From NCBI GenBank assembly GCA_018985225.1, contig JADGIF010000337.1:1-10647 (forward strand): a stretch of DNA of 10,647 nt. Reading direction: 5' to 3'. Source of the DNA: Amoeboradix gromovi X-113. Taxonomy: Eukaryota > Fungi > Sanchytriomycota. The first letter of the stretch is position 1, and each line of letters begins with the position of its first letter. The translations under genes and the position numbers were made by a program. The notes below the pieces were generated by a model. That model was given only the letters and a program-made list of their open reading frames with translations, did no database searches and was not told the origin of the DNA. Of this stretch, positions 1 through 7,042 are shown in pieces.

Positions 1-98
1 TTCAGTGTCAATGTCAGTGTCCGGCTTTTTCTTCTTTGATTTACTGGTGTATGAAAGCTTTTGCTTTCTCTTGGCCACAACTTTATTTGCAAAGGTCT
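1..98 (-). CDS. Possible internal exon or gene fragment running off the window edge (Lys-rich then acidic peptide)
   Basis: A minus frame reads (E)TFANKVVAKRKQKLSYTSKSKKKKPDTDIDTE to position 1 with no stop. It is preceded by ...ataaatag, a possible 3' splice site at 99-101. No start codon or upstream exon could be identified. Confidence 0.25.
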
Positions 99-152
99 CT
101 ATTTATGTGCAAGACAGTTCTTTCTGGATAGTTCTTAAATGAAAATATACCC

Positions 153-230
153 TATTATGAATCAGTATTATGAATTAGTATTATGAATTGGTATTATGAA
201 TTAGTACTATGAATCAGTATTATGAATCAG
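153..230. repeat. Minisatellite, 6 x 13 bp, consensus TATTATGAATYAG
   Basis: Units read directly: tattatgaatcag, tattatgaattag, tattatgaattgg, tattatgaattag, tactatgaatcag, tattatgaatcag. They are contiguous with no spacers. Confidence 0.95.
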
Positions 231-543
231 ACGTCTATTTGAAATAAAGATTGGATGAAAGAGTAAGAGAATAGCTGTACAGAATATTTATTTTTGAAAT
301 TTCGATACAAAAAGTTATTTATTTTCCTTTTATACTCGTCAAATCTGCAACTAGCTGAATGTTCACTCGCCTCTTAAATCCATAAAATTAATAAAGCTGA
401 AATAATGTCCAAGTTGTTACAGAAAGTTAGTCCAGTTTTTATATTTGATGTCTCACTTGTTTTAAAATCTTTTTTTACTTTTGGAATGAATTCAAGCTAT
501 ATTAAGTGAAGTCAGTTTGGAAGATTTTATTTATAAAGTTTTG

Positions 544-783
544 TTAAAACGACTTTTTATTCTTGGCTTGAAATGCACTAACTCCAATTCCTAAAATTGT
601 CAGTGCCTGAAAAAACACCCTCATTCTCATCATATTTTGCGACTTGCGGCTATTACCCAGCATGAATTGTCTTATACCAATCGCACATGCTCCTACTGCA
701 GATAGAGCTGCCAAAGGTATCCATGGCTCACTCAACAACTTTTCTACTGTAAAGGGTGTTTTAACGAGCGGACTCTGTGTCAT
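544..783 (-). CDS. RCF1: HIG1-domain mitochondrial inner-membrane protein (Rcf1/HIGD2A type, respiratory supercomplex factor), ~79 aa
   Basis: EKLLSEPWIPLAALSAVGACAIGIRQF...GNSRKSQNMMRMRVFFQALTI has two TM helices and the Q-x3-R-x-R-x3-Q motif of type-2 HIG1 proteins. The ORF-track start at 843 is TTG; the first in-frame ATG is 783-781. Confidence 0.88.
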   Translation of the reverse strand: MTQSPLVKTPFTVEKLLSEPWIPLAALSAVGACAIGIRQFMLGNSRKSQNMMRMRVFFQALTILGIGVSAFQAKNKKSF

Positions 784-784
784 C

Positions 785-810
785 CTGTAAATTTGGCATT
801 TCTTTCTTAC
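785..810 (-). other. Putative 26-nt spliceosomal intron at the start of the HIG1 gene
   Basis: Minus strand: cacaAT|GTAAGAAAGAAATGCCAAATTTACAG|G ATG ACA. Canonical GTAAGA donor and TTTACAG acceptor. Splicing creates ATG ATG ACA in frame. Confidence 0.5.
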
Positions 811-843
811 ATTGTGCAATAGACTTTCAATGATTCCTGCCAA

Positions 844-945
844 TTATAATTAAAATTTTAATTCGTAGGCTGATGTGATTGGCTCCTGATATTAAAATTT
901 CTCCAATTTCCAATTTATAACCTTTCCCTCCCTTTCAAGTTTTTG
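844..945. promoter_or_regulatory. Short bidirectional promoter with CCAAT boxes
   Basis: Divergent ATGs at 783 (or 812) and 946. AGCCAATCA on minus (876-884) matches the NF-Y/HAP consensus. Two more CCAAT on plus at 903-907 and 910-914. Confidence 0.5.
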
Positions 946-3228
946 ATGGAATTCACATTTCCTACAAACATCAACAGAAGTGGCACTATAAAAAAGAAGG
1001 TAAAGAAGCTTCAAAAGCAAGGCATTAATATCGAAATTAGGAATAATCAAGTTAGAATGGATAGAGCTGATAAAGATGTTCAAAAGTTCTTCGAGGGCCA
1101 AATTAAGAAATATGAAATAAGTCTTCGTCATGAGCAAATGCGGAACAACATTCAGCCTGCATCAATGATGATCGCTCCTCCGCAGATGTCTAATCAATAT
1201 CCGCCTTGGGCGCAACCAGGAATGCAGATGAACTATGTACAGGGTAGAAGCTACGCCCACTCTATGTCAGGCAGTCAATTTGAAGAGAGTCAAAATGGCA
1301 GTCAGTATGGTGGCAGCCAATTTAGTAATAGTCCTCAACACACTCCTCAGCAACCGAATAACAATCATTCACGTCATCAGTCAGGCGGTTTAATTGATAT
1401 GGTTAAAGGCAAAGATTTGGATCATTCTCGCATATACAACGATATGAGGTTGGAGAACATTGAAAAAATTAGAGACGATTATCGCCGTACTTCTGGTTTG
1501 TTAGGCTATACAAAAGTTCGTGGTGCAGTCGTCTCTATTCCTCAAAAGCAGCAATCAAGCTCTTCTGTGGCGGGTAATAAGAATCATCGCCAATCTTTAA
1601 TTCATGACCCTCGTCGCTCCTTTGTTCATCTTAGTGACGATGAACCTTCGTCACCTTCTTCTATTTCTTCTGATAGTCTTCTAAAATCCCCTCCATCTAA
1701 AATGCAACCTAATCGCCATACCATGACTTTTGACCCCAACCAAATAAAACAGCAAATCCTTCGAATGGAACAACAGAGCAAACCCAAGCTCCATAACAAT
1801 CTTAAGAAGCCACGTTCTGCCATACTCTCTTACTATGCCAGTGACAGTGATGAGGATGTTCAGCAAAAAATTATTAAAAAGCAACAAACTTCCAAAGGCA
1901 AGTCCAAGAGCGGCATGCCAAAATCGCCTCCTCCTTTAATTAAGTTGAGTCCCGGAAAGGTTAAGCAAATCGATTATTCCATTAACCCTTCTATTAAATC
2001 TAAAGGTTCTACCAAGGATGAGCGAAAAAGAAAAAGAAAACAAGAGAAGAAGAAAGCAAAGCAGCTAGAGGATCAGCGCGCAAAAGAAGAGGAGCTACTC
2101 CAAATTGAAGCTAAGCGTATCAAAGAAGCCAAGGAACTGGAGGAGCTGCAAGAGTTAAAGAAATCACCACCTCTACTCGTTCAAATGGATTCTGACCTCA
2201 ATATGAGCGAGCGTCCAATCCACAAGAGTTCCTCCAACATTCATATTGTTAAGAATAATCAAAACATAGTCCCTGTTGCACAAAAACCTAAAAATATCAA
2301 GTCCTTACCATCTTCAATTAGCCAGTTGGCTGACGGAAGCGAAAGAAAAGCTAATGAGTCTTCTATCTCATCTATTTACGCTTCCAACTCGGTAGATGTT
2401 CCTGTACATGTCCCAAAAAAGTCTAATGGGCCATCAAGCGAAGCAACTAACAGTGTCAATAATGCTTCTGCCGCAACGATTGCTGATCATATGGACATTT
2501 TATCATCGGAAGTATTTAATTCATCTGTTGACTATGCTTCTACTTTGTTTACTCCACCTTCTGTTTGTGACACAAATGTGCTACTTGATGTTGATATGAG
2601 TAGAGTAAGCAGTGATCAAAACCAATCATATGCTGTTACAAGAGAAGGTTTATCTCGGGATCAAAAAATGTTAGATGTTTTAAATAAGGATAATGCTCAA
2701 TTGAAGAACGTAAATGCTGAATTGATTGATATACAGCAACACGTGCACGATGCATTTGTTAATGCTTCTCCAGATATGCTTGAAGAAGTAGTGCCAATTG
2801 TAGAAATTATGACATCGCCAATACAAATTGACATGGATGCAGACAAGGATTACTACGCCAACAAGCCAGAATATCCTGAGAGACCACAACTAGGAGATAC
2901 ATTGTACAGAGGAGGAGCAAGTAGAAACATTGGTACTGGTATTGATTCACGAGATGGCAGAGCAACTGATTTAGACAGCAGACTGGAAAACAGTGCTAGA
3001 AATGTAGATATCAGTAAAGTAATAAACAGTAGTGCCTCCAATGATGAAGAAATGGTTTTGGGGTGTATTAGACCAAAGAAGACAAGAGTAAAGAATGAAC
3101 CGCTGCTTGAGTTTAAGGGTGAAGAAAAGTACAGTTTTATGCCATACATTCCTAACGCAGGAATGAGTTATGTAGAAAAACCAAAAGAGAATAAACTGAA
3201 GAAATGGTGGTCAAAACTTATTAAATAA
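946..3228 (+). CDS. Uncharacterised, largely disordered protein (760 aa) with Q/N/S/P-rich regions and a central K/E-rich coiled coil
   Basis: A 2.3-kb uninterrupted ORF in AT-rich DNA. ATG at 946 (943 is TTG). Basic NLS-like/coiled segment ERKRKRKQEKKKAKQLEDQRAKEEELLQIE; C-terminus KLKKWWSKLIK. No recognisable domain. Confidence 0.85.
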   Translation: MEFTFPTNINRSGTIKKKVKKLQKQGINIEIRNNQVRMDRADKDVQKFFEGQIKKYEISLRHEQMRNNIQPASMMIAPPQMSNQYPPWAQPGMQMNYVQGRSYAHSMSGSQFEESQNGSQYGGSQFSNSPQHTPQQPNNNHSRHQSGGLIDMVKGKDLDHSRIYNDMRLENIEKIRDDYRRTSGLLGYTKVRGAVVSIPQKQQSSSSVAGNKNHRQSLIHDPRRSFVHLSDDEPSSPSSISSDSLLKSPPSKMQPNRHTMTFDPNQIKQQILRMEQQSKPKLHNNLKKPRSAILSYYASDSDEDVQQKIIKKQQTSKGKSKSGMPKSPPPLIKLSPGKVKQIDYSINPSIKSKGSTKDERKRKRKQEKKKAKQLEDQRAKEEELLQIEAKRIKEAKELEELQELKKSPPLLVQMDSDLNMSERPIHKSSSNIHIVKNNQNIVPVAQKPKNIKSLPSSISQLADGSERKANESSISSIYASNSVDVPVHVPKKSNGPSSEATNSVNNASAATIADHMDILSSEVFNSSVDYASTLFTPPSVCDTNVLLDVDMSRVSSDQNQSYAVTREGLSRDQKMLDVLNKDNAQLKNVNAELIDIQQHVHDAFVNASPDMLEEVVPIVEIMTSPIQIDMDADKDYYANKPEYPERPQLGDTLYRGGASRNIGTGIDSRDGRATDLDSRLENSARNVDISKVINSSASNDEEMVLGCIRPKKTRVKNEPLLEFKGEEKYSFMPYIPNAGMSYVEKPKENKLKKWWSKLIK

Positions 3229-3386
3229 ACTAATTTTATTATTTGTAAATTCATTGAAAGTCCATTTATTCAAGTTCCCAGGTGTATATAAAGATCGCAT
3301 TGCAGCAAGTTCTTACTAAAAATCGTTTTCATTTTTAGACTGCTTTGCTCGGAAATTAGACGACTACTCCGTATTGCAATTTAAGG

Positions 3387-3857
3387 ATGCAAAGAGAGAA
3401 ACCGCTAACTAGAGAACCTTTGCTATGCTGCTGCAAAGTAAGATCAGGTCTGAATGTTATTTTTGCTATCATGCTGATATATGGAACAATTCTATTAGTT
3501 TTGGGAACATATCTGGTTGGATCATTAATTGTGATAGCAGGAGCGTTAGGATTTTGTTCTACAGTAGTTAATAGATCATTGCTAGTAGCAATTGCGGCAG
3601 CCGGCTTTACTATCCTAATGACCTTCGTATGTGTCGCTTCAATTGTATTTCTCACCCAGCTTACGAGTTATATTCAAATGCGGTATTCAGCTGATGTTCT
3701 GGGAAACGCAGCCATTAGGCAGCAGAGTATCAAGAAAATATACAACACATGGCTTGCAATATATATCTTGAGTATAATACTTAGTTTGGGATTTGGACTG
3801 ATGGTTTTGAACAGAATGTGGGCCTATCATAAATTTTTAAAGAAGATTAATAAATAA
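3387..3857 (+). CDS. Four-TM membrane protein (tetraspan topology), paralog A, 156 aa
   Basis: Four hydrophobic segments, N-terminal LLCCC cluster, basic C-tail. Aligns by eye with 6389-6931 and 7043-7993. Confidence 0.85.
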   Translation: MQREKPLTREPLLCCCKVRSGLNVIFAIMLIYGTILLVLGTYLVGSLIVIAGALGFCSTVVNRSLLVAIAAAGFTILMTFVCVASIVFLTQLTSYIQMRYSADVLGNAAIRQQSIKKIYNTWLAIYILSIILSLGFGLMVLNRMWAYHKFLKKINK

Positions 3858-3863
3858 GTAGTT

Positions 3864-5013
3864 TTACTCTGGTTCAAAATTACAAACTTGTAAAGATAAA
3901 TCAAAACTTGATAATGTCAAGTACTTATTATTAAATGCGACATGATGTATTGGCAACATTTGTGACTTTAAAGAAAATAGATGCTTATTATCCCTGCTAT
4001 ATATCATTGCGGTGTTAGTTCCAGTTGAAAACACTACCTAGATTAGTATAGTACACCTTTTCGTTAGTTGCTTTTACCGTTAATACAGCCTCATCAGAGT
4101 TCGGAGAATTGAACCATGGTAACGATATGTTTTTTAAAATGTGAATGTGATGTAAACCTTTTGAATATCCAATGAAGAGTTCGCTGCCAACCAGACTTAA
4201 GCAATATATTTGAGTAATAAACGTAAAGCTTTCTACAAGATTCAAGTTAAAACCCCAAACATTTACTCGCCTATCCAAACTTCCGGTTGCAATATATAAT
4301 TCATTAGCTTCTATGCACGTAATTGCTGCTTCATGAGCATTTATCACGTCAACTTTTTGTGTTTCCATGTTTATTATAATCAGTTGTCCTTGCTCATTTC
4401 CGCAATACAGCATATCTGACTTAAGAATCATTGTAGACACCTCTACTCGCGGTATTATGTACTCTTGGCTAGTAAATGTCTTAAAGTTCCAAACTCTTAT
4501 TATTCCGTCATTACTTGCTGTAGCCACTATACTGCCATTTATTGCTGCAGACTTTATCTTTTCACCATGCCTTAGTGAAGCTATTGCTTTCCCACTTTCT
4601 AAACTCCATACTACACCATTTCCTCTAATAGATACGGAGACTACTAATTTACTATCCAAATCTACACACATGTGTATGTGCCTTGTAATGTTTAAACTTG
4701 TAAAAGAAATATCTCTTATCACCCCATTATCCTCGTAATACAATTTTGTTGATTTATATTTTCCTGTGTTCCAATTCTTTAATGTTAAAAATCTATGTCT
4801 ATATATCCTTTTCCATTCATTGCTTATTATTAATTTCTCTGGATCTTGTTTACATTCCTCATAATCAATATTATATTTTATTCTCCAAAAGTAATCATCA
4901 TTTAACACACTACTAAACCCCTTGTCTACCAGGTTCAATCGTGATATAGTGCTTATCGAACAAAGCTGAGCTATGCTACTTAATATCTCTCTTGGTACAT
5001 CTTGAATACTCAT
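3864..5013 (-). CDS. F-box/WD40-repeat protein (SCF substrate receptor); exons 5013-4057 and 4037-3864, 376 aa
   Basis: N-terminal F-box (IQDVPREILSSIAQLCSISTISRLNLVDKGFSSVLNDDYFW), the WKRIY...NWNTG linker, and WD repeats (ATASNDGIIRVWN; AHEAAITCIE...ATGSLDRRVNVW). Removing the 19-nt intron extends the frame by 57 aa of WD40-like sequence ending SSFDLSLQVCNFEPE*. ATG at 5013 (5016 is TTG). Confidence 0.9.
4038..4056 (-). other. 19-nt spliceosomal intron
   Basis: AAG|GTGTACTATACTAATCTAG|GTA has a GT donor, a TACTAAT branch-point-like motif and a CTAG acceptor. Its removal joins ...ATNEK to VVFSTGTNTAMIYS... in frame and in WD40 register. Confidence 0.75.
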
Positions 5014-5171
5014 CAAGCCACATTACGAGCGTTGGAAACACTTGAAAAACTTCTTAATACATATATCTCAAAAATTGGAACAAGTTCCGCAAAAGCACTC
5101 TATCTCAGATCGCCTCATGTTTAAAAGACATTTATTAACTAATTACACTTCTTTGCCACTGACTAGCTTCT

Positions 5172-5303
5172 TGTTTGGAATAGTGCAGTTGCTTAAAACT
5201 CCTCGTTAAAAGTCCTGATTTCCGAGAAAATCCAGAATTCTACAGAGAAACTAATGCTAGATCTCAGTTACAGTGATTGCTCACTCTTTCAGTACCCTGA
5301 GAT
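5172..5303 (-). ncRNA. Putative omegaRNA (scaffold ~5303-5192 plus flank-derived guide from 5191 downward)
   Basis: Stem ATCTCAG(5303-5297)/CTGAGAT(5267-5261) encloses an AGTGA-GCAA-TCACT GNRA hairpin (5285-5272). A second hairpin TTCTgGATTTT-CTCG-GAAATCAGGA lies at 5237-5213. The structure overlaps the nuclease stop codon, as TnpB/Fanzor omegaRNAs commonly do. Confidence 0.6.
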
Positions 5304-5527
5304 GGGATTGAATAAAGATGCAGATACTTGATGTATATGTTCCTTGCTGCCATATGGTCTCTATCTATCTTCAAATGACACCTTGTACATGTGTATGTTT
5401 CTAAGCTGGTTTTCTTTAGAGTACCACACCTTGTACATGTCTGACTAGTAAATGATTCATTGCATTCGATTATCGTCTTTCCTCTTTGTTTACACGTGAA
5501 CTTCAGGCGTTCCTTGAATAAATTGTG
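5264..5527 (-). pseudogene. tnpB: C-terminal fragment of a TnpB/Fanzor2 RNA-guided nuclease (RuvC-II Glu, zinc finger, RuvC-III)
   Basis: HNLFKERLKFTCKQRGKTIIECNESFTSQTCTRCG...YTCTRCHLKIDRDHMAARNI matches the E-x-x-TS-x-x-C-x2-C ... C-x2-C ... DRD-x-x-AA-x-NI signature. REC/WED domains and RuvC-I are absent. Confidence 0.9.
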
Positions 5528-5673
5528 CAGATATCTCTTATAGCCATTGAAAGACATCTAATTCTTCCATGTTTGGGCCAGTTCCTCAGTGTTGATGAAT
5601 GTATACTACAACTATTAGTTGTTTCTTTAGATTTGACATATTCAGGATTACATCTATTTATTCCATTTACCAT
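5528..5673 (-). pseudogene. tnpA: N-terminal MerR-like/winged HTH fragment of an IS607 TnpA serine recombinase, frameshifted near 5550
   Basis: aaaaATG at 5673 gives MVNGINRCNPEYVKSKETTNSCSIHSSTLRNWPKHGRIRCL, then after a frame change NGYKRYL. This resembles the Y...KE......H..TLR.W...G.I......GG.RRY pattern of IS607 TnpA/excisionase-type HTHs. The catalytic domain is missing. Confidence 0.7.
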
Positions 5674-6388
5674 TTTTATAATTGCCATCAACATGGCAAA
5701 ACACGTTTTAATAACATTCTTCTACTCTTTCATCGTATTTTTATCGTAGCTTATCACTTCAAACAAAAGTACTCTGATTTTAATAATTTTCAAGTTTGTT
5801 TAATGGATTGCTATAACTTAAAATAAATTTTTGGGTGGTTCTTTGGGACATGGGCCAACTAATAACACATTATCTCTTTCCGTTTTCGCAAGACATTTAA
5901 AAATCTATTGATATTCCACATTTATGTCAAAAGATATCATCAAGTTTCGAGAGTCGCATACAGCAAGCAAAAGAGTTTCTTCAACGACTTTTCAGTGCCA
6001 TATTCCAATAAACAAGTGATCTGAGATAAGTAAAAACAAACAATAATTAGTGCTGGTTGCCAAGAATATTTAGTCCAAGATTGTTAAAAATATTACACGA
6101 GGTGCGATAGTCGCACAGCAATAAACCTAAATTTAATCTTTTGAATTTTGAAGTATTTTTGCCAATTTAATCATATTGTTAGTGGATATCTTCAGACGAT
6201 TATAACACTGCAAAATGGCATCCAGAGTTCCTCATTGTAATCTTGGATGGCTGAGCAAGGTTACGGCTGCAAATTATGATAAAAACCTTCATTTCAGAAT
6301 ATGCGACTCTAAGTGCTAACAGAGATAAATCCATATGATAAAAAAGTCTACTTAAAAGATTATATTCTTATGATATTGTTTATTATAG

Positions 6389-6931
6389 TTATCTTGCCGG
6401 TGTGGCAGTGTATTGTCGACTTGTATCACCATACCCTTGTTCCATGGAACCTTTTTTATTGCGCTGATGATGATGCCCATGTTCTCTTCGTAGAGCCAAC
6501 AGCATTGGGATAACAACTGCTAGTCCCAGAATTGATGCTATTAAGCCGGCAATATGAGACCCAAACCAGACATTCCGAGATTGTTGATACCCCATTTTTG
6601 GCACAGTAGCATTATCGCCAGATCTTGCTGTATAGTTAGATCTACTGTAGCTTTCGAATGTTGCCAAGTATACGATATGTGTAATTAGAGCTGCTATCAT
6701 AAACAAGGAATATAGTGCTAATCCAGCTAAAACAGTCTTTTCTGACAAGCCTATTAATGCAATCATTCCCAAGATACCTGCAATCAACCAAAAGGATCCA
6801 GCCAAATACATTCCGACAACTAGTTGGTAGATCCCGTAGAGCACAGTTAAAACTAACAGAATACCTAAACCGGACTTCAGTCCGTTAATCAGATTTTTAG
6901 AGGAGGAATTACCTTTCTTAGCAGACATCAT
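6389..6931 (-). CDS. Four-TM membrane protein, paralog B, 180 aa
   Basis: Four hydrophobic segments. The loop between TM3 and TM4 has N-glycosylation sequons NYT and NAT. LKSGLGILLVLTVLYGIYQLVVGMYLAGSFWLIAGILG aligns without gaps to paralog A. Confidence 0.87.
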   Translation of the reverse strand: MMSAKKGNSSSKNLINGLKSGLGILLVLTVLYGIYQLVVGMYLAGSFWLIAGILGMIALIGLSEKTVLAGLALYSLFMIAALITHIVYLATFESYSRSNYTARSGDNATVPKMGYQQSRNVWFGSHIAGLIASILGLAVVIPMLLALRREHGHHHQRNKKGSMEQGYGDTSRQYTATPAR

Positions 6932-7042
6932 TTGAACTTAAAGGTTCAAGAATGTATTTATATGAAGTTTAAAGATTTAGAGTGAAATCTAATTTTAGAG
7001 GTCGTTAAAATAAAGAGTCATGTTAATTTAACGTATTTATTA

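Larger units (their letters stand above)
5192..5816 (-). mobile_element. Non-autonomous, internally deleted IS607-family / Fanzor2 element (~625 bp; boundaries inferred)
   Basis: On one strand and in the canonical tnpA-tnpB order: TnpA HTH remnant, TnpB/Fanzor C-terminal remnant, structured 3' region. TTTTAAG (minus) occurs at 5192-5198 and 5817-5823. No long TIRs at these boundaries, as expected for IS607. Confidence 0.75.

Noticed and set aside
153-230. CRISPR array or telomeric repeat
   Set aside because: Units are contiguous 13-mers with no spacers, there are no cas genes, the array is internal and it lacks a G-rich strand.
848-863. 16-bp perfect palindrome AATTAAAATTTTAATT in the divergent promoter
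   Set aside because: It is A/T-only and low-complexity; no function can be supported.
5264-5557. Functional 97-aa mini-nuclease or ordinary zinc-finger gene
   Set aside because: It lacks RuvC-I and the REC/WED domains. Its first ~10 residues look like the tail of the TnpA HTH, so the ATG at 5557 is probably incidental.
5820-6120. Degraded minus-strand reading frame interrupted by the element
   Set aside because: It has several stops, needs an extra frameshift to join across the empty site, and shows no recognisable homology.
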